Assembly: GCF_006345805.1 (NCBI RefSeq) | Contig: NC_043017.1 | Span: forward strand, 27,590,001-27,654,000 | Length of the DNA: 64,000 nt | Direction: 5' to 3' | Origin: Octopus sinensis | Lineage: Eukaryota | Position numbers and translations under genes: made by a program | Shown here: positions 13,241-25,592 of the stretch, piece by piece | Layout: every line of letters starts with the position of its first letter | Position numbering within the stretch: position 1 is the stretch's first letter | The notes under the pieces: model-generated | Databases searched by the model: none | What the model saw: the letters and a program-made list of their open reading frames with translations, nothing else | Told to the model about the DNA's origin: nothing

Positions 13241-13984
13241 CATAAATATATATATGTGCATATACTACATACACGCACGCACCCAAACACACACGCAGTT
13301 TGCGTCCGTTTAGTAAACCAACCTTATCTCTCTGCGTGCTAATAAGACAGTCTGGTTGAGCCAGATGATTTGTTCATGACGAAAATAAAACGTGTTTCAA
13401 GGACTAGCCTACATTTTGTGTGTGAATTCACATGTTATTTGAGCGTGCGCACGTGTGTGTATGTCTATGTGTTTGTGAATTGTATTGTTATTTTGTGACT
13501 GTTGATGCTTCGATATCATATATACTTAGCATATGTACATTCGTGGCTTTTTTTCTGCTAGTACTCCAAGCTCTCCTACTGAAGGGCATAAATATTACAC
13601 TTCAGCGTATTGAACCTTATTATTACAACACAACAACGAAGTCCATTCATGCTACTGTTATTTAGCTGAAGAACCACTTTGTTGAAGGAAACTTATTATT
13701 AAAAAATCTATACCAAACCTGATCAACGCATTTCCCTGAGTCTCACACGCATGAATACATTTTTTTCTGGAAAATGAAGGGCGTGATTCAGTGGAGAGGA
13801 AATGTCGAGATTTGAGCATGTACTTTGATCAAGAATTGGGTTCTTTTCTATGGCTAAACCCAAGTATTTGGATTGAAGCATTTCATTGAAGGTGGTCGTC
13901 CAACGTTAAATTAATTATTAAATCCAATTAATTAGTTATTAAATCCAATGTTAAATTAATTATTAACATTGATTCCAAGTTTCT

Positions 13985-14180
13985 GTCCGAGGCCAGCAAT
14001 TTCAAGAAAGGTGTAGATCGATTACATCGACCACTGTCGTTAACTGGTAGTTATTTTATCTATACCGAAAGTATAAAAGGCAAACTTGACTTCGGCAGTA
14101 TTCGAACTCAGAAGGAAGAAAACGACGAAGCACCGCTAAGCGACGTCTTCCGATAACTTTTCTACCAGGTGGCCGCCTTC
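13985..14180 (-). mobile_element. SINE family B, diverged copy
   Basis: aaaggcaaacttgacttcggcagtattcgaactcagaa ... gccgcctt. Confidence 0.7.
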
Positions 14181-14734
14181 ACAATTAATTGTTAATTTTG
14201 AACACGCGTTAATAAATGTGAGTTAACCATTTTAGCAGAACTATAAAGCTGAACGTGTTATTACATCGGCCTTGATGGTGTACAGAATAAATAAACAAAA
14301 CAACACACAACAAAGTCAGTTATTCGTAAAAGTTGTGATTCAATTATTATTCGTCACTCAAGTTTAATTGTAATTACGTTGCGTTAATTCTACCTTACAT
14401 CTGGTCATTCATTTACTTTTCGGCATATTAACACAAATTACTACAATTAATTATAACAATCTTATTTGTTTCTTTATTGTTAACATTTTTTTTTTTGTGT
14501 GTGTTTGCTTTTTGTTGTGGTTCTTTTACCATTCGTACTTTGTAAAGTGTGAACGTTTACACAGGTTTTCTACAACGAAAATTAACACAATCAGAATATA
14601 ATTGTTCCAAGCTACAGCAGAACTATGGCGATATAAATGCACCAGAGGCATCTACGATACACCTGTTCTTGTATTTTCGAATGGAATTATATAATGTTCA
14701 ATTTATATAAACACACACACATATATATTTATAT

Positions 14735-14955
14735 ATTTCTTTATTGCCCACAAGGGGCTAAACATAGAGGGGAAAAACAAGGACAGACAAAGGGATTTAA
14801 GTCGATTGCATCGACCCCAGGGCGTAACTGGTACTTTATTTATCTACCCCGAAAGGATGAAAGGCAAAGTCGACCTTGGCGGAATTTGAACTCAGAACGT
14901 AATGGCAGACGAAATACTGCTCCGCATTTCGCCCGGTGCGTTAACGTTTCTGCAA
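14735..14955 (-). mobile_element. SINE family B
   Basis: Reverse complement of the 3081 element: ccgaaaggatgaaaggcaaagtcgacc..gaatttgaactcagaacgt. Confidence 0.9.
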
Positions 14956-15018
14956 GCATTACAAACCAAACTTTCCCCATTCACTACACCAGCAGTATGT
15001 ATATAGATATATATGCTC

Positions 15019-15503
15019 TCTTACTTGTTTCAGTCATTTGACTGTGGCCATGCTGGAGCACCGCCTTTAGTCGAGCAAATTGACCCCAGGACTTATTCTT
15101 TGTAAGCCTAGTATTTATACGACGGGCTTCTTTCTGTTTCCGTCTACCATATCCACTCACAAGGCTTTGGTTGTTCCGAAGCTGGCAGACACGTTTGCGC
15201 GCCGGGCGAAATGCTTAGCGGTATTTCGATTGCTCTTACGTTCTGAGTTCAAATTCCGCCGAGGTCGACTTTGCCTTTCATCCTTTCGGGGTTGATAAAT
15301 AAAGTACCAGTTTCGCACTGGGGTCGATGTAATCGACTTAATCCTTTTGTCTGTCCTTGTTTGTCCCCTCTATGTTTAGCCCCTTGTGGGCAATAAAGAA
15401 ATATATATTAGAAGATCCTTGCCGAAGGTGCCACGCAGTGGGACTGAACCCGGAACCATGTGGTTCGTAAGCAAGCTACTTACCACCGTGCCACTCTTAC
15501 GCC
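15019..15503 (-). mobile_element. SINE family A (internally deleted), interrupted by a family B copy
   Basis: Tail 15019-15115, body 15120-15180, head 15410-15503. Confidence 0.88.
15181..15403 (+). mobile_element. SINE family B nested in family A
   Basis: gctggcagacacgtttgcgcgccgggcgaaatgc ... ccccttgtgggcaataaagaaata. Confidence 0.9.
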
Positions 15504-16719
15504 TATATATTCATATATGCATACATTCATATGTATATATATAACCTAACAGTTTTTCATGAGAGGCGAATGATGATGAGAATATGGTGGTTTGGAGACA
15601 TCCATTGTAATAGACTGTGGCTGTTAAAAACAGCTTATGACTGTGAATTTCAAAATTCTGACGTATCGTTTCAACCCATGAGAACTGAACAGCTTTATCA
15701 ACATGGAACCATATTTTCAATGGCTTGTTAAATACTCTTCTAAACTGTTTTTCTCGATGCAAATTTAATATTTCAAATCATTTGAGCTGAATCCATTCGG
15801 CTTCATCAAATGGTACAACAAAATTAGGCGTCTATTAGGATAACAACATCAAGAACTACCACAACTCATACAAACATCAAAAGAAGAAATGTCATTTGTC
15901 GTTATTCTCATTGGATTTTTGATTGATGACGGTACATTTCTTGCATGTATAATGATTTTAATATCGGATTCACTAATGGGATTGTGATTGCATTCGAATG
16001 TTAATGCATTTTGAAATAAAAGACTGGTAATTGATGTGAAATAATGTATAAAATCAAACTTGGAGAGTTGATAGTCTTGTCCATTATTGAAGCTATTTAT
16101 TGAACAAATATTTAACTGAAATATTATTGCTGCGTTAATTTTAAATCGGAATCTTCTTTCATTTCAACGATTATTTTGCCTGATTTTTTTTTTTAAAGAA
16201 CATCAATGTTTTACCATTCTCTATTCGTTTACTTGCAAATTCTCTCTAACATGGACTGACCAAAAAATTGGACTTAAAGATATCAATATGACTGAAATGT
16301 TTGTATAGTGTTAGAATTCCAGGCTATCATATATCAGTCAAGATTCTCTTAAGATCTTAAAGTAGTTTCTTAATAATTTTCAAAAATAAATTTGTGATGC
16401 TATTCTATACGAATTTTTTTTTGGTTTTGCTTATACAGCCATTTTTCTCCACTTGTTATTGGATAAATAAAATAAAATCGTAAGCGAGGGTTGTCACGTG
16501 TATTGTCTGTTTATATTCGCCGTCTATGTAAGACCATATCAATCACCAGCATGCTATTAATATAAGAGAAAAATATTTACGAATGAGATTGTATAAATAC
16601 TATTATATCATGTAAAATTGATTGACGCCATCTGAATTTCATTTATGAAAGTTGTTAAAGCGAGTGGGCGTTTAACATGGCGTACATCCACGCATTTTGT
16701 AATTACACATGTTTCTTAA

Positions 16720-16856
16720 TATATGTGTGTGTGTGCGTACACATATGCAAACACACAACCATTCACATATATACATTTATATATATATGTATATATGTGT
16801 GTGTGCGTACACATATGCAAACACACAACCATTCACATATATACATTTATATACAT
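16720..16856. repeat. ~70-bp tandem duplication
   Basis: gtgtgcgtacacatatgcaaacacacaaccattcacatatatacatttat occurs twice. Confidence 0.9.
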
Positions 16857-17299
16857 ATGTATATATGTATATATGTGTGTGTATGTATATGTAAGTGGTA
16901 TGTTCGTATGCACATGCGAATGGATATGTTATATTATGTTCATATACGTGTGAAATATGATACAAGGAAACCTAACAGAGAAACATAATTGAGTTTAAAA
17001 AATACATTGGAAATGAACGAATATATTGTCTAAATATTACCTTTTATCTTAAATTTATGATTGTTTCGATCACTTCATTTATCTAAGGAATCAATATTAT
17101 AATTGAGACTATTGTTAACTTTTATTTTTTTAAATAACTTTTAAATATTATTTATATTATTGTGTCTATTATTTCATTTGCTAATATAGTTGTAGCACTC
17201 ACCCAGTCTGACTAATATCTCAGACAGCACATGTTAACCTATGACCTCCCTACGAGTTATCTCTAAGCTTCATTTCAAGTCGGATATCTTTATCTGCAG

Positions 17300-17330
17300 C
17301 CATCAGAAATTATCCATATGGAAATAGGAA
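17300..17330 (+). CDS. Candidate micro-exon (PSEIIHMEIG), unknown gene
   Basis: tttatctgcag acceptor and strong gtgagt donor; phase-compatible with the 19567 exon; no homology evidence. Confidence 0.2.
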
Positions 17331-17455
17331 GTGAGTAACTAAGCGTATATATATAAACATATATACATATACAAGTACGTATTAATATATATATATATAT
17401 ATATTCATATACATAAGCATATATGTATATGATATATAAAATATGTGTGTGTTTA

Positions 17456-17495
<40 letters not shown>

Positions 17496-17536
17496 GGAGT
17501 ACGTATTAATACATATATGTATATGGCATATACATA

Positions 17537-17580
<44 letters not shown>

Positions 17581-17854
17581 AACAAACGGTATATTGTCTT
17601 AAGGTAGACATACGATATAATGAGTTATGCTGTAGATTTCTTGTGTTTCTTTTCTTCTCTCATTATATATAAATACTCATCCTTATGAATGCAGACATAT
17701 TTAGAGAATTGATATTTATGGACAATCGTATATATATCCCCATATATATATAAAATATATGATCTAAAACGCCACTCTCTCTCTCTCTGTTACCGCACAG
17801 GCACGCACATATTCACGCACACATAAACCTCTGTACGACTGTTTCCCAGTGTAA

Positions 17855-17997
17855 AACTGGTACTTTGTTTATCGACCCCGAAAGGATGAAAGGCAAAGTC
17901 GACCTCGGTGGAAATTGAACTCAGAACGTAGCAGCAGACGAAATACCACTAAACATTTCGCCCTGCGTGCTAACGATTCTGCCAGCTCGCCGCCTTT
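17855..17997 (-). mobile_element. SINE family B, head and body
   Basis: gccagctcgccgcctt end; gaaaggcaaagtcgacctcgg. Confidence 0.88.
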
Positions 17998-18179
17998 AAT
18001 GCATCGATATCATTTGACATATCTTAATCTTAATTTAAATATCGAAATCAACGTATCACTATGTTATATATTTATTAATTTAATAATCTGCGATATAATA
18101 TCAATTCGGCGTTTACCTGCATAGTACGAAACTTCGTATGTACCAGTGATAAACGAGCTCTTACACTGAAATAAAATTT

Positions 18180-18535
18180 GGCCTCTCTGGACCATCAAAT
18201 CATGTACATTATTATAACAAAGGAGAATGCGATATTCTTTTAAGGTATGAAAATATAGGCGCTTCACAAATGTGAAACATAGGACGTTTCCGTGCAATGG
18301 CGTTCGTCACAACACGTTTCATTTATATTTTCTGGTATACATTTCACCATTAAATGATTTATTTCAATTCCTCTTGCAGCTTTTGAGTTTGCATAACGTA
18401 AACAGACTTAATTTCTATCTTCAAAATTCGGATGCAAAAAGTGAACGAAGTTTATCTTAGTGTAATGGTTAATATATCTTTTATTGGTCCAAAGGATGTA
18501 GGTCCGAACTATTCCCATCCACGTTTTTTTAAGTC
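18180..18535 (-). mobile_element. Tc1/mariner-like relic
   Basis: Minus strand W(x)GNSSDLHPLD resembles the Tc1-type WPxNSPDLNPLD motif; the rest is degraded. Confidence 0.4.
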
Positions 18536-18598
18536 AGTATATTATGTGATGCATTATTTAGCGTATCCACTTCGAGATACACAGGCATATGTATTATA

Positions 18599-18767
18599 GG
18601 CGCAGGAGTGGTTGTGCGGTAAGTAGCTTGTTTACCAGCCACACGATTCCGGGTTCAGTCCCACTGCGTGGCACTTTGGGCAAGTTTCTACTATAGCCTC
18701 GGGGCGACCAAAGCCTTGTGAGTGGATTTTGTAGACGGAAAATTTGAGAAGCCCATCGTATATATAT

Positions 18768-18799
<32 letters not shown>

Positions 18800-19010
18800 A
18801 TGTGTGTTGTATGTGTGTGTATCTGTGTTTGTCCCCCCCCCCCAGCATCGCTTGACAACCGATGCTGGTGTGTTTCCATCCCCGTCACCTAGCGGTCCGG
18901 CAAGAGAGACCGATAGGCTTACAAAGAATAAGTTCTGGGGTTGAATTGCTCCACTAAAAACGGTGCTCCAGAATGGCTGCAGTCAAATCACTGAAACAAA
19001 TAAAAGATAA
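18599..19010 (+). mobile_element. SINE family A, full length
   Basis: ggcgcaggagtggttgtgcggtaag A-box-like, gggttcagtccc B-box-like, CORE-like ctttgggcaagt, tail gcagtcaaatcactgaaaca. Confidence 0.92.
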
Positions 19011-19566
19011 ACAAGCTGTATCTACTTCGAGACACACAAGTATATATCATATATAAATAAGTAGATTGGCAGAAAATGAAAAAGACTCTGTACAAACTTT
19101 TTTTTTTTCAGAGCTGCATTGATCTTTACGGAAACATTAGACCTGATATTCTCAAAATATCACAACCTCGATAACTGAGATTTCACCAATAGTTGCGATA
19201 TAAAATTATTCAATAGAAATAAATTTATCATGAGTTACAACTGTAGAAGCAAAATTTAAAAGAAAAAAAAATCATTATCAAGCAAAATAACTAAATTCCA
19301 CGATTTTAAATAAAAAAATTCGAAATTCGAAATGTATGGTTCTTAATTAGTCATGCAATTTTCAAGTTATTATCAACGAATAAGAAATCACCGCAGAACA
19401 CTAAACGTAAATATACGCCATGAAGTATATGTATGTTACAAGATAAATTTTAAAAGAGAAAAAAAGAAAATAATTTTCATCAGTTATAAGTATTTCTCGA
19501 AAAATATTGAAAACATGAAAGGAAAAAAAATAATTACGTGTAATTAACTCTGTTTCTCTAAACCAG

Positions 19567-19760
19567 AAACACACAAGCCTCAGATTCCTCCATCAGTCGT
19601 TAGTTCCATGAAATACGCAGTTGATTCTGAAATTAGAATAAATATATCGGATTATGTAGAGATGACAGGAACCTTATCCTCGAGACACTTCACACAGCTT
19701 CAGACGAAATGTCAGATCAGTTCATCAAGAAGCGAAGCCACTTTGAAAAATGTCTCCTGA
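19567..19760 (+). CDS. Candidate terminal coding exon of an unknown gene
   Basis: Acceptor tctgtttctctaaaccag; frame of 64 codons including stop, THKPQIPPSVVSSMKYAVDSEIRINISDYVEMTGTLSSRHFTQLQTKCQISSSRSEATLKNVS*, in non-repetitive sequence; includes a YxxM motif. Confidence 0.35.
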
Positions 19761-20175
19761 AGCACAGGAAGATTATACCATTACCTGTTTTGAAAGTATA
19801 AATACTTCACTATTCGTATATGTCACTCACACAATTTCTGTCTTCAACACTAAACGTTTATATGACACTGTCTGGCTCTCTTTATTATGTCACTAGGGTC
19901 ATCACTCTCTTCTAGTAACTGACAATACTATCTACCGTTACATTAATAGTCACTTACATGACTTCAACTCATACATATAACCAGCTGTTTTATCAAAGAA
20001 GAGTAGCAACAAGAGTATCCACAGGTAATGCAGGGGTAATAAGGTAACAACCTAAACAGCTGCATTACCTCTGGATATCCTTGTTGCTTATTTTGATTTT
20101 AATCACCTTGCTTTGAAATTGTATGGATAATACCGTACTAAATTCTGGTGCCTCAAATTAAGTACCATATTTATC

Positions 20176-20217
<42 letters not shown>

Positions 20218-20218
<1 letters not shown>

Positions 20219-20380
20219 GCGCAGGAGTGGCTGTGTGGTAAGTAGATTGCTAACCAACCACATGGTTCTGGGTTCAGTCCCACTGCGTGGCATCTTGTGC
20301 AAGTGTCTTCTGCCATAGCCCCGGGCCGACCAATGCATTGTGAGTGTATTTGGTAGACGGAAACTGAAAAGAAGCCTGTC

Positions 20381-20425
<45 letters not shown>

Positions 20426-20846
20426 AATATTATTGGTGAATTGAAGAAATGGAGCTGAACGCAGATTGAACAGAAATCGTTTTATTTCATTCTACACGTG
20501 TTTCGAAAGGCTGTTTACTGCTGTGATTTTTGCTACTAAGGTATCGGTTAAACTTTTGATTAATCTACTACAAGATTATTCATCTTTCTATTTCACATAA
20601 TATATATATAAATATATATATATAATGTGTGTGTGTGTGTGTGTGTCTGTGTTTGTTCCCCTAGCATTGCTTGACAACCGATGCTTGTGTGTTTACGTCC
20701 CATTCACTTAGCGGTTCGGCAAAACAGACCGATAGAGTAAGTACTGGGCTTACAAAGAATAAGTCCCGGGGTCGATTTGCTCGAATAAAGGCGGTGCTCC
20801 AGCATGGCCGCAGTCAAATGACTGAAACAAGTAAAACAGTAAAGAG

Positions 20847-20847
<1 letters not shown>
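20218..20847 (+). mobile_element. SINE family A with a foreign insert in its internal TA tract
   Basis: Head 20218-20382, insert ~20430-20600, tail 20640-20847. Confidence 0.92.
20430..20600 (-). mobile_element. Penelope-like terminal fragment with hammerhead 3' half
   Basis: Minus strand cGAAA-CACGUG-UA followed by aataaa; same family as 41220-41390. Confidence 0.6.
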
Positions 20848-20878
<31 letters not shown>

Positions 20879-20961
20879 CTTCCCTTCTTTCCTGAGCGTC
20901 AAATAATACTTTAATTGTTCCACGTCCTCGCGTTGCTGTGTTTTCTTGTTTGGATTAAATT

Positions 20962-21001
<40 letters not shown>

Positions 21002-21266
21002 CATGTATAAATAAGTATATGTGTGTTTATACTTCAAATTTCTGGTAATCTATGGAAATACGTTAAAGAAATGAAGTTAATATTTAATGATATATTGTTC
21101 AAACATCATTTTCCTCGCAAAGAAAGTCCACGTTATTATCGGCTTTACCTAATACTAATCTAGGGAACATTAACTTAATGTTAGCAAATTAATATTTTAA
21201 AAGAAAATAAAATTTCCTATCAATATTAATCAACATAAACAATGCGAAATGCTGGCATATAGATTT

Positions 21267-21297
<31 letters not shown>

Positions 21298-21334
21298 TAC
21301 ATACACACACACATACATACATATACATACATGC

Positions 21335-21382
<48 letters not shown>

Positions 21383-21394
21383 TTGTTTTTATTA

Positions 21395-21586
21395 CTCTGT
21401 TACTTGTTTCAGTCATTCGACTGCGGCCAGAGTGGAGCACCATCTTTCCGTCTACTAAATCCACTCACAAGGTTTTCGTCAGCCCGAGGCTGTAGTAGAA
21501 GAAACTTGCCCAAGGTGTCAGGCAGTGGGACTGAATCCGGAACCATGTGGTTGTTAAGCAGCCTACTTACCACACAGCCACTCCTA
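21395..21586 (-). mobile_element. SINE family A, internally deleted
   Basis: Tail end joined directly to body at ~21443. Confidence 0.85.
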
Positions 21587-21600
21587 TGTGTGTATGTATG

Positions 21601-21632
<32 letters not shown>

Positions 21633-21762
21633 TACATGCATTCACATACACACACACAACACACACACACACACATATATACATACATACATTCACACAC
21701 ACACACACACACACACATACACACATATATATATATATATATATACTCTCTTTCTCTCTCTC

Positions 21763-22162
21763 TCTTTTACTTGTTTCAGTCATTTGACTGCGGCCATGCT
21801 GGAGCACCGCCTTTAATCGAGCAACTCGACCCCGGGACTTATTCTTTAGTAAGCCGAGTACATGTTCTATCGGTCTCTTTTGCCGAAACGCTAAGTAACG
21901 CGGACATAAACACACCAGCATCGGTTGTCAAGCAATGCTAGGGGGACAAACACAGACACAGAAACACACACACGCATATATATATATATACATATATACG
22001 ACGGGCTTCTTTCAGTTCCCGTCTACCAAATCCACTCACAAGGCTTCGGTCGGCCCCGAGGCTATAGTAGAAGACACTTGCCCAAGGTGCCACGCTGTGG
22101 GACTGAACCCGGGACCATGTGGTCGGTAAACAAGCTACTTACCACACAGCCACTCCTGCGCC
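21763..22162 (-). mobile_element. SINE family A, full length
   Basis: Ends accacacagccactcctgcgcc; full tail present. Confidence 0.93.
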
Positions 22163-22579
22163 ATATATATATATATATATATACATGTTAGAAGACTACA
22201 CTGCAGCATTATCGGTGTTACTGTTTCAGTTTTATGAGCTAAATTAGTTAACGCTAGTTACGATCATTGTTGTCATATATTTCACATGAATTTTGGAAGA
22301 AAGTTCTGGAATAATTATTTGCAGGCTATATAATTACAGACGCCTTCATGATTGTGTATTCTATGCTGCAATATAATATACACCAGTGCAATAAAACATT
22401 GTGACTGTCTAGTTTATCACAAAACTGTCATAACTGTTATCATCAACGCCTTCATCATTACGATCGAACAATGGGTCCGCCATAAACATATCAACTGTAG
22501 ACGTTACTACCATCTTCATCATTAAAATTATAATCATCGCTACTACCAACAACAATAACAATATTACTATCACTCTTTT

Positions 22580-22955
22580 TTAGTCTTTTACTGGTTTCAG
22601 TCATTTCACTGTGGCCATGCTGGAGGACCTCCTTTAGTCGAGCAAATCGACCTCCAGGACATATTCTTTTGTGAGTCTAGTATTTATTATATCGGCCCTT
22701 TCTTGCCGAACCGTTAAGTTACGGGGACGTACACACACCAGCATTGGTTGTCAAGAGAGGTTGTTTTTTGTGGGGGGGGGGACAAACAGACACACATACA
22801 TACATACATACATATATATATGTGTGTGTGTATATATATATATATGCTTATATATATATATATGCGTGTGTTTGTGTGTATGTTTGTGTGTCTGTCCCCC
22901 CAACATCTCTTGACAACCGATGCTGGTGTGTTTATGTCCCTGTAACTTAGCGATG

Positions 22956-22987
<32 letters not shown>

Positions 22988-23157
22988 TATACACACGACG
23001 GGCTTCTTTCAGTTTCCGTCTACAAAATCCACTCTCAAGGCTTTGGTCGGCCTGAGGCTATAGTAGAAGACACTTGCCCAAGATGCCACGCTGTGGGACT
23101 GAACCCGGAACGATGTGGTTCGTAAGAAAGTTACATACTCTACAGCCACACCTACGC
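22580..23157 (-). mobile_element. SINE family A with internal inverted fragment
   Basis: Tail 22580-22795 (-), inverted piece 22885-22952 (+), head 22995-23157 (-). Confidence 0.85.
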
Positions 23158-23239
23158 CATTATCATCGTAATTATTACAATCATTATCGCTACGACCTGC
23201 ACCACGACCAAAATCCCCACCACCAACCACCGCCACCAC

Positions 23240-23930
23240 AAGCACCATCATCATCATCATCAATATCATCGATTCTAATAATCGCCATCGTCGTCATTTT
23301 CATTGTCATCACCCACAACAGCATTATCACTTCCATCATCGTTCTTACTACTTACGTCATAATCATCATCGCCAATCATCATCATCATCATTATTATCAT
23401 CATCATTATCATCATCATTATTATTATCATCATCATCATTATCATCATCATTATCATCATCATCATCATTATCATCATCATCATCATCATTATTATCCTC
23501 CTCATCATCATCATCATTATTATCATTATCATCATAATTATCATCATAATTATCATCACTATTATCATCACTATTATCATCACTATTATCATCACTATTA
23601 TCATCACTATTATCATCACTATTATCATCACTATTATCATCACTATTACCATCATTATTATCATCATTATCATCATCATTATCATCATCATTATCATCAT
23701 TATCCTCATCATTATTATCATCATCATCATCATTATCATCATCATTATCATCATCATTATCATCATCATTATCATCATCATTATCATCATCATTATTATC
23801 ATCATCATCATTATCATCATCATTCTCATCATCATATCATCATTATCATTATTATCATTATCATCATCATCATTCTCATCATCATCATTCTCATCATCAT
23901 CTTCATCATCATCATTATCATCGTCATCAA
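23240..23930. repeat. (CAT/TAT)n trinucleotide tract
   Basis: Direct; explains the poly-His, poly-Ile and poly-Met ORFs. Confidence 0.95.
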
Positions 23931-25151
23931 CAATGCTATGATTGCTGCTATGGTTGTTATGTAATCAACCTCATTATCATCACGTTCATTTAAATCATCA
24001 TCATCGATGATCTTCACCGGGTTTTGAAATTTATGCAATATCAGGATAAATTTAAATATCGATTTGATTTAATGCTTTCTAATGGTTGAATTGTAGCTAG
24101 AAAACACAGCGATGAAGTAATCTATTTGGTTTGAAGTGATTTTTCATTTTGCCCCATAGACCTATCTCTGGATAGAAAGAGGGCGATTTTCTTGAGAATA
24201 TAATCCTTAAAATTAAATAAAAAGACATCAGGAAAATCTCTGGTATGCGATTCTGTCATTTGATTGAAAGAATTGGACTGCGACAATGCTTTGGCACAGT
24301 TTTTAAGAATCCTTGGACAAATGAATAATATTAGTGAAATATTAGCGGTTCGTCAAATGAGACCAATAGATTAAGAATCAAGCTGCAAAGGAAGAAGCAC
24401 AGGGGTTGTGTCGTTCGACTAAACCTTACTTCAAGGCGGTGCCGCAGTATGGCCGAAGTCTGTAACGGAAAAGAACATAGCGAAAAACACTACATTGAAC
24501 GAATTATGGTACTTGGCATTTGACATACCTGTATTATCCCATGTAATGCAGTCTGAATATGTCTCCTCTCGCTCATTAACGATCAGCAGAATGGATATTA
24601 ATGACAATATTATTAGCTGCGACACCTATCTCTTAAATAACCTGGTTGGTAATAAAAAGGATGTAATTAAGGTTTTAAATATTCTGACTCACATTAGAAC
24701 AAATTATCACGGCTGATCTTGAGAAATTATTTATCTTCCCATATGACAGCTGAGCCTGTTCTACCAAAGCGTTACATGTACATGTATGTGTGTGTGTGTG
24801 TCTGTGAGTATATGCGTATATGTGTGTATGTCGGCGTGTGCACTGCATGTCGACATAGATAGACAGACAGTTAGGTATACATACGTATATATAATATATA
24901 CAGAGAGAGGGAAAGAGAGACAGAGAATAGTTATAAATATATATGTGTACATACATACACACACATATATATATATAAATAAATAAATATAAGGGTTAAT
25001 TAATGATTTTTTGGCTAATTTTGAAATTAAATCAGCAGTTTATATTTGCAGCTGAGAAGACCGTGCGATTGCGGTAGATTTTGAAAATTTATAGCATATA
25101 GACTGGAGGCTTCCTTACTATCGCCTCTTGGATATATGTTCGTCCTTGGCT

Positions 25152-25250
25152 TCTCTGCTGACGAGGTACGCCAGTTGTAAATAAATTTAATTAATTTTAT
25201 TTAATTAATTTGTTTACTAAAGTTTGCCGAAACTATGCATAGTGCAGAGA
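25152..25250 (+). ncRNA. Type I hammerhead ribozyme motif (G at position 17)
   Basis: tctctg-CTGACGA-ggta..long AT hairpin..tgcc-GAAA; stem III palindrome ACTATGCATAGT, then G, then cagaga (6-bp stem I). Confidence 0.78.
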
Positions 25251-25397
25251 TGAAAGGGGTAAACGTTTTTATTTCTCTTTCAATTTCAGAATTACAACTA
25301 TTAGCGGTTTGAGTTTGGCTGCTCTTTCTAGTGAGTCGAATGTCCTATTATGGCCATTCCTTGTATTTTTGTGTGTATATAATATATATATACACAC

Positions 25398-25592
25398 TGA
25401 TTCGTTATTCGTTCTCTCTGTTTCTCAATCTCTCCAACAAAATAGGCCTCGTTTATATATATAATATTTATATATATATATATATATATATACACACGCA
25501 CACAAACACACATATATTACAAACTCATTCTGATTCGTTCTTCGTTCTCTCTGTTTCTCAATCCCCCCCAACAAAATAGGCCTTGTTTATAT
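25398..25592. repeat. ~60-bp direct repeat pair
   Basis: tgattcgtt.ttcgttctctctgtttctcaatc..ccaacaaaataggcct occurs twice. Confidence 0.85.

Noticed and set aside
18599-18670. tRNA gene
   Set aside because: The tRNA-like A/B boxes are SINE heads that continue into the SINE body in many copies
23074-23964. 296-aa His-rich ORF
   Set aside because: Starts within a SINE and runs through a (CAT)n tract; no independent coding signal
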